A DNA stretch of 32,000 bases from Formosa sp. Hel1_33_131 (GCF_001735745.1 NZ_CP017260.1:2280001-2312000); one strand, 5' to 3'. Positions 1-8,456 are shown, counted from the first letter of the stretch. The notes: a model not told the origin generated them from the letters alone. Made by a program: numbers and translations.

Positions 1-14
1 CAGAGTTATTCTTG

Positions 15-38
15 CTCCCATTTTGGGAGTCTTTTTTT
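15..38 (+). terminator. Rho-independent terminator-like hairpin for a gene upstream of the window
   Basis: CTCCCA-TTT-TGGGAG stem-loop (15-29) followed by TCTTTTTTT. Confidence 0.45.
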
Positions 39-584
39 GATAGCTACGTACTATTATTCTGTAACTATAAATTAGATGTCGAGGAAATACTATTTCATTG
101 GCATAATGTTTATGCCAACAGTTTTTGAATGAAGTTGAATAATCCGTATCTTTGAGGTGCTTAAACATCAAGTCAATGGTTTTCGATTTCGGTCAATTCT
201 ATTGGCTTTTTTACTTTCTCAAAGGTCGTGGATTACAGAACTTTTTCAAAAAAATAAGGGCCAAACATATCAACAAAGTTTTCAACATAAGTTCTTGATT
301 ATTAGCTGTTTATTACTTGCGTATTATTTGTTTTTTATTTGTTTATTGTTTGTTTCAAGCACACAATAATTTGTAGATTAGGCTAGCAAATATCGATGCT
401 TTTAGAAGGGTTTCATCATTTCAAATAATGAAAATTACTATCCTTAAATTAAAAATATTACTAACTTTACAATTTAAAAATTAGAGCTATTAAAACTTTT
501 TTGCTTCATACAATCTGTGGAATATGTTAGTTCTTACTAAAAAGACTAAAATAATGACTAGTGGAAGGGTTAATTGAAATTTCT

Positions 585-592
585 TATCTTTG
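585..592 (+). promoter_or_regulatory. Bacteroidota-type -7 promoter box (TAnnTTTG)
   Basis: TATCTTTG lies 21 nt upstream of the ATG at 613 and matches the Bacteroidetes sigma-A -7 consensus TAnnTTTG. Confidence 0.4.
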
Positions 593-612
593 AAATATAA
601 ACCAATTTAATA

Positions 613-1395
613 ATGAAAAAACTACTCTTACTCTCCGCCTTTCTAATTTTCGCTTGTAGTAGTGATGATAGTAATAATGAGGAAAATACAACTACTGGAC
701 AAAAAAAGCTAGTATCTTTTGAGATTATTGAGGATGATAACTTGTGTGTTGGCGGAAAAAACTACAGCTGTATTTATGAAAATGATAAAATTATTACTAA
801 ATCATATCAAGGTTATAGGTCTTCTTGCTATTCAAATAATTCAGACAATTGGAATTACAACAATAGATACCAAACTAATTATGAATATTTATCTAATAAA
901 ATTCTTGTAACTAGTCCAGAAGATGAAGGTGAGGTTAATCTTGATGAAAATGGACTAGCTATTGGGGTTCAATTTCTAAATGGAGAATTGATATCAAATG
1001 GAGATATAACCTTTGCTTGGGAAGGTGGGAATGTATTACAGGCAGAAATAGAAAACTATAGTCTTTTATCAATAGACTATTCATCTATTCTGAATAACAC
1101 AAATTTTATTCATCCTTTATTTGTTGATACTGATTTAGCATTGAGTGGTGAGTATATTGCTTTAATAGTTAGTGGTGCTGCAGGAAAAACCTTAACAAAT
1201 TTACCGCTTAGAACAATTAAACGTAATTCAAATGGGGAAATCCTAAGCGAAAGTATGTGGTCATATGTAATGGATGATGAAAATTATCCGATTTATATAA
1301 AAATTGACCTTGCAACATACGAAAACAATGAGTTTGATTATGGTAAAGACTTGCCTAGAAGATTAATAACTTATAAACTCACTTACAACAACTAA
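613..1395 (+). CDS. Lipoprotein of unknown function
   Basis: A 260 aa ORF with N-terminal MKKLLLLSAFLIFAC-SSDD (signal peptide plus lipobox Cys). I recognise no catalytic motifs. Confidence 0.8.
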   Translation: MKKLLLLSAFLIFACSSDDSNNEENTTTGQKKLVSFEIIEDDNLCVGGKNYSCIYENDKIITKSYQGYRSSCYSNNSDNWNYNNRYQTNYEYLSNKILVTSPEDEGEVNLDENGLAIGVQFLNGELISNGDITFAWEGGNVLQAEIENYSLLSIDYSSILNNTNFIHPLFVDTDLALSGEYIALIVSGAAGKTLTNLPLRTIKRNSNGEILSESMWSYVMDDENYPIYIKIDLATYENNEFDYGKDLPRRLITYKLTYNN

Positions 1396-1941
1396 ATGAA
1401 AAAACTACTCTTACTCTCCGCTTTATTAATCTTCGCTTGTTCAAGTGATTAAAGTTCGGATACGAATGATAATAATAATGCTCAAAATGATAGTATAATT
1501 GGGACTTGGAAACTTTATAATATTCAAATATTTAATCAAAATGATGAATTATTGATGGATTTTATAATAAGCGGAACTGATTGTTTTGATATGGGCGACT
1601 GTCAATTAAATTCAGACTATGTTGAATTTACTGACAGTACTTTCACTGCATATACCTTTTGGGAAGAAGAAAGTTCTGATTGTCAAAATGGAGATATTAT
1701 GATAGTTGATGGATGTACAAATGTATATATCAGTACCGCCAGTTATAACTTGAATAATTCTATTATAAACTATTCAGATTATATTGAAGAAAACCTTATA
1801 TGTAATGAGACAACTGAACCTCAAGATGACAGCACGCCATTTAGTATAGAAAACGACAAATTAAAAATATACAATCAAACCCAACAAATAGAATGTTTTG
1901 ATGAGCCTCATTATTATGTTTTTACATATCAAAGACAATAA
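1396..1941 (+). pseudogene. Lipocalin-like lipoprotein paralog interrupted by an in-frame TAA
   Basis: The ATG at 1396 directly abuts the upstream stop codon. It encodes MKKLLLLSALLIFACSSD, then TAA at 1450-1452. The same frame continues SSDTNDNNNAQNDSIIGTWKLYN... into the 1552..1941 ORF. The first 45 nt or so are nearly identical to the start of the 613 gene. Confidence 0.7.
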
Positions 1942-1945
1942 ATAA

Positions 1946-2164
1946 TTAACACTTTTCAACCCTGCTAATCGGCAATAGCAAGTCAGTTGCTTCTACTAAA
2001 TAGCTTCCATTGTTCGTTTTAAGCGTGTATTTAAGCGTTTCTATTCGCTCTATACTGATAATCGTTTTAACGCTGTTTTCGGATAATTTAAAGGCTACAT
2101 AGCGACATTGAATGTCGTCTATTTCAGTGGCTTCTAAAAGAAGCTTAAAAAGGCTGTTTATCAC
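1946..2164 (-). CDS. Hypothetical small protein, possibly a LytTR-like DNA-binding domain fragment
   Basis: A 72 aa ORF. The C-terminal ...IISIERIETLKYTLKTNNGSYLVEATDLLLPISR weakly resembles the end of LytTR domains. No N-terminal receiver or sensor part is present. Confidence 0.3.
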   Translation of the reverse strand: MINSLFKLLLEATEIDDIQCRYVAFKLSENSVKTIISIERIETLKYTLKTNNGSYLVEATDLLLPISRVEKC

Positions 2165-2598
2165 CCCACTAGCCTAATTGAAAAAACTTGATTAATCAAA
2201 CTCTTTTTTATGCTGTGTGTTATGCCTAAGTAAAGTAGACTAAAAGGTTAATCTCTCATACGATTGTTGTTATTTAAATATTGCTCTAATAGTAAAATTT
2301 ACGCAAACTAAATCTAACCTGTAAAACTTATTTTTGAGTACACACTTTTTAGCATTTATGCGGATAATAGTGTACCTCTAATTTTTAATGTTTTCAAATG
2401 TCTGTAATAGATGCTGGTTTTATTATCAAGTAACTCACACACTTGATGTTTAGTAATATTTAAAACAAAAGCTGATATCAGCATAATTATGAAATGTAAA
2501 AACTATTTACTAAATTTAATTGAAAATATTCCACTTTGGTATGAAGACGTACAACGCAGCTTTCCATAAGAACTATATTTTTTTTAGTTATAATTTAC

Positions 2599-2606
2599 TA
2601 AATTTG
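2599..2606 (+). promoter_or_regulatory. Bacteroidota-type -7 promoter box (TAnnTTTG)
   Basis: TAAATTTG lies 33 nt upstream of the ATG at 2639 and sits inside a 22-mer that is repeated 88 bp upstream. Confidence 0.4.
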
Positions 2607-2638
2607 TTTGAAAACTAATTTTACTCTTAAACAAGATT

Positions 2639-3667
2639 ATGGATAGCAAGAAGGTAAGACAACTAGTAAAAGCATTGAATGAAAAATTTGAAAATTGGGA
2701 TTGGGAAAAAGCACTTGCTAACAGTCAAATTGAAGCTACCACAAGAGATTATTTAATACATCCATTTCTTGATTTGCTTAATTATGATAGAATAGATGAT
2801 TACACTCACGAGGTTACAGCAGATTTAGGGAAGAAAAAAGGGAAGAAAGTAGACGTTGCTATTACATTAGGGGGCAAAAATCCAGTTATTTTAATTGAAT
2901 GTAAAAAATCTACAGCTAAATTAAATGACAACCACTATAGACAACTTCGAGAATATTGTACAGATACAAATACTGCGAAAATTGGAATATTAACAAATGG
3001 AATAGTTTATAAGTTTTATACAAGAAACAATACTAGCACACTTCAAACTTCTCCTTTTTTTGAATTTGACTTGAGTGATTATGATAATCAAGATTTAGAA
3101 ACACTTTCTCTTTTTATGCGAAATGTAATTGACATAAATTCAATTTTGGAAGCAGCAGAAGAAACATATTTTTTAGATAATTTCGATGAAGCACTTTATG
3201 ATACTATGGTAAACCCATCAGAAGATCTTATTAGAATTATTTATGCAAATATGGGTGGTAAGAGAAAATCAGATAAGATTTATTCCAAAATAAAAGAATT
3301 AATAAATGGTACATCCTTAATTAGTACTTCAAATAGAATTATTAAATATGAAGCCTCAATGTCTAATTCTGGCATCATTACCACAGATGAAGAAATAAAG
3401 GCATATAATGTCATAAAAACAATTATGGCAATGTCTAGCAAGTTTAAAAATAATGATTTACAAAGAATCAGTTATAGAGACTTAAAGGGTAAGTTTTTAG
3501 TCCTATTTGATGATAATCAAAAAAAGAAAATTTGCTCTCTAATACTTAAAGAAAAATCAAAAGTTGTTGAAATTGGTGAGGATAAATTTCCTCTAGAAGA
3601 CACTAGTATAGCTTCAATAACTAAACTAAAAAAGCAATTACTAGAATCTGCACTTCAACACGTTTAA
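2639..3667 (+). CDS. HsdR_N-type PD-(D/E)xK nuclease-fold protein (type I restriction enzyme R N-terminal domain family) with an uncharacterised C-terminal half
   Basis: A 342 aa ORF. It carries the motif block E..TRDYLIHPFLDLL ... KVDVAITLGGKNPVILIECKK ... QLREY ... GILTNGIVYKFY, typical of the HsdR N-terminal endonuclease-like domain (D...ExK). There is no helicase or methylase partner nearby. Confidence 0.75.
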   Translation: MDSKKVRQLVKALNEKFENWDWEKALANSQIEATTRDYLIHPFLDLLNYDRIDDYTHEVTADLGKKKGKKVDVAITLGGKNPVILIECKKSTAKLNDNHYRQLREYCTDTNTAKIGILTNGIVYKFYTRNNTSTLQTSPFFEFDLSDYDNQDLETLSLFMRNVIDINSILEAAEETYFLDNFDEALYDTMVNPSEDLIRIIYANMGGKRKSDKIYSKIKELINGTSLISTSNRIIKYEASMSNSGIITTDEEIKAYNVIKTIMAMSSKFKNNDLQRISYRDLKGKFLVLFDDNQKKKICSLILKEKSKVVEIGEDKFPLEDTSIASITKLKKQLLESALQHV

Positions 3668-3680
3668 TTTTTTTGATTAT

Positions 3681-4370
3681 ATGAAGAAACAGTTACCAGC
3701 TTTTTTTGATAAATTTATATATGTATTAATAATTTTGAATCTCATCTCTATGGTAATAGAGTCTGAACCAGATTTAACAGTAAATACTAAATCTTATCTT
3801 TTTTATTTTGAAGTTCTTTCAATTTCAATATTTACTTTAGAGTATTTAATTAGAAGTTGGTTCTCTATTAAACAAAAAAAGAACTACAACATTACCTTTT
3901 TCGGAATCATAGATTTATTATCAATTCTACCATTTTTCTTTAGTACTGCATTAGGTTTCGATGGAAGGTTTGTGAGGATCTTTAGATTGTTTAGGGTTTC
4001 GAGAATATTAAAGTTAGGAAAGTTCAGCAAATCATTTGAATTACTAGGAGATGGTATTTACAATGTTAAAAGAGAATTATATATAACCTTTTTTATTGCT
4101 TTCATTATGCTTTTCTTTTCAGCATCTGGAATATATTATCTAGAAAACCCAGAACAGCCTAAAGCCTTTTCGAGTATTACAGAATCTTTTTGGTGGGCAG
4201 TCTCATCTTTAACTGGGGTTGGTTTTGAAGAAATATTCCCACAAACTTTTGGTGGTAAACTGTTTGGGACATTTATTTCTTTAATTGGAATAGGAGTTGT
4301 AGCTGTTCCTACTGGCATAGTAAGTGCTTCGTTTGTTGAGATATTAGAAGAAGAAAAGAATAAAAAATAA
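3681..4370 (+). CDS. Ion transport protein: minimal 6-TM voltage-sensor-type cation channel
   Basis: A 229 aa ORF with six hydrophobic segments. The S4-like helix RFVRIFRLFRVSRILKLGK has basic residues every third position. The pore loop is ESFWWAVSSLTGVGFEEIF, where GVGFEE replaces the K+ signature TVGYGD. It starts 13 nt after the upstream gene. Confidence 0.8.
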   Translation: MKKQLPAFFDKFIYVLIILNLISMVIESEPDLTVNTKSYLFYFEVLSISIFTLEYLIRSWFSIKQKKNYNITFFGIIDLLSILPFFFSTALGFDGRFVRIFRLFRVSRILKLGKFSKSFELLGDGIYNVKRELYITFFIAFIMLFFSASGIYYLENPEQPKAFSSITESFWWAVSSLTGVGFEEIFPQTFGGKLFGTFISLIGIGVVAVPTGIVSASFVEILEEEKNKK

Positions 4371-4418
4371 TTAAATGAAAAACTATTCTGATTTCATAAA
4401 AGAAACACTAATCAAGTT

Positions 4419-5528
4419 TTACAAGTGTGAACTCAAAACTTGGAGAAAAATATTTAGATACAAACCCAAAACCATAGGCATATCCTCTTCTTTCAGTTCT
4501 GCTATTTCTAAACCTCTTAAGTAGGTCAGAGACACATTTATAGATGAATGCCCCATAGCTTTTTGTAGCTTGGTTATAGACCCTGTTCTCTTAAAGATTT
4601 CTATAGCTCCTGAGTGTCTAAATGAGTAGAGTGTTTGGTCTTGTTCAAGCAGTTTAGAAACCCTCTTAAAACGTCCCCAGAGTGTCTTAAAGTAATCTTG
4701 GTTTAATGGTTGTTGTCTTCCAGAAAAGATATTATGATGAGGTTCTCCTTTTATAAGTAGTTCTCTAATATAAGAGGGTACAGGAACAATTCTATTTCTG
4801 CCTGATTTATTTCTATTACCAGACAAATGAATATAGCCCAAGTCATCACTAAAGTCAGACCAAGTAAGTTCTCTTATTTCACGATGAGGTCTTAAAAGAC
4901 ATCCATAGGTTATTAAACAACATAGATATAATTGTTTGTTGTATGCTTTAATATCTTCAAGTATCTTATTGATATTGTCAAATGGTTTGTGCATTTGAGC
5001 ATTTGCTCTTTTTGACTTTATTCCCTGCATTGGATTGGAAGTCATTCCTATTTTTCTTGCTTCATTAATTAGTGAACATAACCTCAGTCTATAAGTGTTA
5101 TAGGAACTTTCTGAATTGTATTTATTTAATATTATTTCTATGTGAAGTGAAACAATAGGTGAGTCTTTCAGTTCTTCAATTAGCTTATTAAATATAAACT
5201 GTAACATCTCCTTATACTTCTTAGTATAGTTTTCTTTGAGTTTGTTGTTTAAGGCTACTGTTAAGTAATCCTTATCTGTCATATTAGGTTTTATGAGTTT
5301 GGATACTTTAAGTTGCTCTAAGGTTAAGCCACTAATTAAAAATTGATATACCTCTGATGCTAATAGATTACCCATTTCCATTCGTTCAGAAACAGGGTAG
5401 GAGTTAGGGTAGATATTTGAATTGATTTTAGAACCATTAAACAATCGATATCGTTTGTTATTTTGGTTAAAAATTACATAAACCCTACTTTTAGAGTCAA
5501 CTTTTACTTTTGGATACATTAAATTCAT
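4419..5528 (-). CDS. Tyrosine-type site-specific recombinase (phage integrase family)
   Basis: A 369 aa ORF with C-terminal catalytic boxes LLRPHREIRELTW (Arg), YSFRHSGAIE (R-H) and AMGHSSINVSLTYLR (His...Tyr). Its 5' end lies 63 nt from a tRNA-Arg fragment. Confidence 0.9.
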   Translation of the reverse strand: MNLMYPKVKVDSKSRVYVIFNQNNKRYRLFNGSKINSNIYPNSYPVSERMEMGNLLASEVYQFLISGLTLEQLKVSKLIKPNMTDKDYLTVALNNKLKENYTKKYKEMLQFIFNKLIEELKDSPIVSLHIEIILNKYNSESSYNTYRLRLCSLINEARKIGMTSNPMQGIKSKRANAQMHKPFDNINKILEDIKAYNKQLYLCCLITYGCLLRPHREIRELTWSDFSDDLGYIHLSGNRNKSGRNRIVPVPSYIRELLIKGEPHHNIFSGRQQPLNQDYFKTLWGRFKRVSKLLEQDQTLYSFRHSGAIEIFKRTGSITKLQKAMGHSSINVSLTYLRGLEIAELKEEDMPMVLGLYLNIFLQVLSSHL

Positions 5529-5547
5529 TTGACAGACATTTGACAGA
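5526..5547. repeat. Tandem 11-bp direct repeat overlapping the integrase start codon
   Basis: CATTTGACAGA occurs twice back to back (5526-5536 and 5537-5547). The first CAT is the complement of the integrase ATG. Confidence 0.6.
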
Positions 5548-5590
5548 TTATATTTTTATAATCTTTTAAAAATCTAAAATTCAATGTTTT

Positions 5591-5651
5591 AGCTGGATAG
5601 AGCACCTCCCTTCTAAGGAGGCGGTCCTAGGTTCGAATCCTAGTGCGATCA
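5591..5651 (+). tRNA. Partial tRNA-Arg(UCU): only the 3' 61 nt (D-loop to discriminator), a probable att site remnant
   Basis: The fragment reads AGCTGGATA-GAGC-A-CCTCC-CTTCTAA-GGAGG-CGGTC-CTAGG-TTCGAAT-CCTAG-TGCGATC-A, with anticodon TCT. The expected 5' acceptor strand GATCGCA and the 5' D-stem GCTC are absent; the upstream sequence is ttcaatgtttt. Confidence 0.8.
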
Positions 5652-5658
5652 CTTAAAA

Positions 5659-5685
5659 CCTGACTAGAAATAGTCAGGTTTTTTT
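5659..5685 (+). terminator. Rho-independent terminator downstream of the tRNA fragment
   Basis: CCTGACTA-GAAA-TAGTCAGG hairpin followed by TTTTTTT. Confidence 0.7.
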
Positions 5686-5769
5686 GTTTCTATAAAATTA
5701 TTTAACTAATTAAAATCATAGGTTTCAGAAAAAAACATATATCAAATTCAACTTAGAGCGGGGCAGAAT

Positions 5770-7827
5770 TTATTTAGGAGCATACCTTTTTATAGCGGAA
5801 CCCAATACCTCTGATCTGTCAAATGACATTGTTTTGGTTTTAAAATTAACATACAACTCCATCTGATCAGAATAATGTGGACTCTCTGGTCTTCGGCTAT
5901 TTCCATAAGAAATAACGGATTCATAATAGGTTTTAGTTGGCGTAAAGCGCACCAACCCAATATAAGATTCACCATGAGTGATCTTTATTTCTCCATCTTT
6001 ATAAGGCTCTCCTCGCATCGCCGTAACAACATCTGGCAAGCCAAAAACAGGGAGCTCTTTTTCTCCTCTCACTAGTTTTTGAAAATCTCCTAAGCGAATG
6101 CGTTCACTATTAAAATGAGTCAACATATAAGCTTTTGTTGTTTTCAAGGCTTCAAATAATACGTCATGCGTAAAAACACGATCTTCAGAAAGTTGATCAA
6201 AAAAGGGTCCAAGTTGATAGTATAGTAATGCATAGGCTCCAGCACCATAAGATTTTGGGTTGGTAACACGATCCCAATTTTTAATACTCGTTAATAGTGC
6301 GCTAACTTCTGGATAGTCCTCCGTTTTCATTTCAAATAATGGATTTAAATCCATATAGTTATAGCTTAGAGGAGTTGGTAATTGATGGTCATATTTGATG
6401 CGTTTGAAACGCTCATAGTCTATGTGTTCTTTTTCTTCAAGCAATTGGAGCAGACGTGTCGATCGATTGTTGTCATAAGTTTCAAAATTCATGGCGTTTG
6501 CAAAATTTTCTGCTTGAGGATTGTCATCTTTTCCTGAAGATTTAAAAGGACTGTGATTTGCGTTGTATACAAACCCTGATTTTGGACTGATAACCTGCGG
6601 CAACTCTTTAATGGGATAATAGGAATCCCAAAGCGTTTTACGGGTATTTCCGGGAACAACGTCTGTCCAATCATACCCTTCATTTCGGATGGGAATTTTC
6701 CCATTAGAAATATAAAAAATAGTATCATTTCTATCAGCATATCCAATATTGTAACCCGGAAGTGCTTTCATTTCTAAGGCTTTATAAAACTCTGTAAAAT
6801 TGGTAGCTTTGTTCATGCGCCACAATTGCTCAACAGCGTTAATATTTGTTGTGCTTGGTGTACGTACTGAGTAAACTCCTGTTTTATTTTTTAGAGTTGA
6901 TCCATAGATACTTCGGTAAAACTTTTTCTTAATTGGAATCTTAAGACCTAGTAGTTTGAGGTAAATTTTGGCTTTAAATTTTTCTAGCTTGTACGGCTTT
7001 CCATCCACTAGATAGACGTCTTTTTTGTGGGGATGCATTTCTAGAGCGTATACATCTGCTTTGTCTGGGTAATTAACCGTATGTGTCCATCCCAAGAATT
7101 CATTGGCTCCCGTAAAAATACAAGGAGACCCAGGGAAGGTGGCTCCAATAATATTGGTACCTTCCTCACTCACTAAATGCGCTTCGTACCAAGATGTTGG
7201 ACCTTCTAAAGGTTGGTGAGTATTGATGGCTAAAAATGTTTCATCTGATTGGGTTCGACTGCGACTGATAGCAATGAGATTAGAGCCTTTGGTGTCCTGT
7301 TCAATTTCATAGGGCCAAGACAGTTCGTTATTGACAATTCCACTGACAAGATTTGCTGCGCCATTTGAAATAAATAACTGAAGTTGTGTATAGCGAAGTA
7401 TTTTTTGAGGAGTGAGAGGAAAGAGTGAAGATTCTAGAATTTCATCGGGATGTTTTTCAGCAAAGGCATTTAGCCCTTTTGTAAAACCCTGAAGTAGTTT
7501 AATAAATTTTGGATCGAGGGTGTTAAATTGTTCGTTTACTATTTTTTCAGACTGAATTAGTTGGGCAAGAAAATCAGCAACGGCACCTTTCAAACCTATA
7601 AATTTACTCAACAACCCATTTCCAGCAAGATAGGCTTGCTGAATTGTTTTAAAATCATCTTCAGCTTGAGCCCAAGCAAACCCATAAGCGACTTCAGCAT
7701 CTGTGGGCGCATATATATGAGGGACACCATATGAATCTCTTACAATTTCAATTGCGTCTGGATCAATTTGGGAGTATATGTTAAGGGTAGTCAGTAAAAA
7801 TAAAAGTATAACAATGGTGTTTTTCAT
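5770..7827 (-). CDS. Penicillin acylase family protein (Ntn-hydrolase, peptidase S45), secreted
   Basis: Family-typical N-terminus IVRDSYGVPHIYAPTDAEVAYGFAWAQAEDDF and a putative autoprocessing nucleophile in KG-SNLIAIS. I moved the start to the internal Met (MKNTIVILLFLLTTLNIYSQ signal peptide) at 7827; the longest ORF starts at 7860. Confidence 0.85.
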   Translation of the reverse strand: MKNTIVILLFLLTTLNIYSQIDPDAIEIVRDSYGVPHIYAPTDAEVAYGFAWAQAEDDFKTIQQAYLAGNGLLSKFIGLKGAVADFLAQLIQSEKIVNEQFNTLDPKFIKLLQGFTKGLNAFAEKHPDEILESSLFPLTPQKILRYTQLQLFISNGAANLVSGIVNNELSWPYEIEQDTKGSNLIAISRSRTQSDETFLAINTHQPLEGPTSWYEAHLVSEEGTNIIGATFPGSPCIFTGANEFLGWTHTVNYPDKADVYALEMHPHKKDVYLVDGKPYKLEKFKAKIYLKLLGLKIPIKKKFYRSIYGSTLKNKTGVYSVRTPSTTNINAVEQLWRMNKATNFTEFYKALEMKALPGYNIGYADRNDTIFYISNGKIPIRNEGYDWTDVVPGNTRKTLWDSYYPIKELPQVISPKSGFVYNANHSPFKSSGKDDNPQAENFANAMNFETYDNNRSTRLLQLLEEKEHIDYERFKRIKYDHQLPTPLSYNYMDLNPLFEMKTEDYPEVSALLTSIKNWDRVTNPKSYGAGAYALLYYQLGPFFDQLSEDRVFTHDVLFEALKTTKAYMLTHFNSERIRLGDFQKLVRGEKELPVFGLPDVVTAMRGEPYKDGEIKITHGESYIGLVRFTPTKTYYESVISYGNSRRPESPHYSDQMELYVNFKTKTMSFDRSEVLGSAIKRYAPK

Positions 7828-8015
7828 AAGAGACTTTGAATAAAATATAAAGATATACAATTAATGATAAGCCCGTTTAATAAAGTAGCCCTAACAGTTT
7901 CCTTATTTCATTATAATTTAATTTTTTTAATTGGTTTTTGTCACATCCATTTAGCTTGGTATTATTTTAAATCAAATATTTTATAATACAATCTAATAAT
8001 TTGTTTATAATTTAT

Positions 8016-8023
8016 TAAATTTG
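8016..8023 (+). promoter_or_regulatory. Bacteroidota-type -7 promoter box (TAnnTTTG)
   Basis: TAAATTTG lies 24 nt upstream of the ATG at 8047. Confidence 0.4.
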
Positions 8024-8046
8024 TTTAAACAAAAATTAAATATATT

Positions 8047-8430
8047 ATGAAAAAAGTACTTTTTACAATTTTATCTTTATTAATTATGTCATGCAGTAGT
8101 GATGACAATGATAACAGTTCTGCACCAACAGTTAATTCTGATTTGGTAGGTACATGGGTAGGATCAGGGGTAGATGATGAGGATCCATTAATGGTTACAA
8201 TCCAAACAATCGTTTTTAATCAAGACGGTACGGGTTCTCTGACTGATGTGGTTGTACTTGGTGGAGAAACGAATGTTTCTGAACTTACATGGTATTCGAA
8301 TGCGACTACAATCTTTGGTACTTTAGAAGGCCAGTTGGATGAAATTGGATATGTTTTGTCTGAACAAAATCAACAGCTTGAACTTACCTTTCCGGAAGGA
8401 GATGCGAATATTTATGTTAGATTAGAGTAA
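8047..8430 (+). CDS. Small lipocalin-like lipoprotein
   Basis: A 127 aa ORF beginning MKKVLFTILSLLIMSC-SSDDNDN (lipobox), followed by the LVGTWVG motif common in lipocalin-like lipoproteins. Confidence 0.8.
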   Translation: MKKVLFTILSLLIMSCSSDDNDNSSAPTVNSDLVGTWVGSGVDDEDPLMVTIQTIVFNQDGTGSLTDVVVLGGETNVSELTWYSNATTIFGTLEGQLDEIGYVLSEQNQQLELTFPEGDANIYVRLE

Positions 8431-8456
8431 ACAAATATACAAAACCAATTAAATCA

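Noticed and set aside
157-369. A 70 aa ORF near the window start
   Set aside because: It has a non-ATG start, low-complexity Leu/Phe/Ile-rich sequence, no motif and no promoter box. It is probably non-coding AT-rich DNA.
2471-2482. A perfect 12-bp palindrome GCTGATATCAGC upstream of the nuclease-fold gene, as an operator
   Set aside because: Several 6+6 palindromes are expected by chance in 32 kb. It lies about 160 bp from the start codon with no second copy, so support is insufficient.
5581-5653. A complete tRNA-Arg gene
   Set aside because: Only the D-loop through the 3' acceptor strand is present. The 5' acceptor strand complementary to TGCGATC and the 5' D-stem cannot be found upstream, so I call it a fragment.
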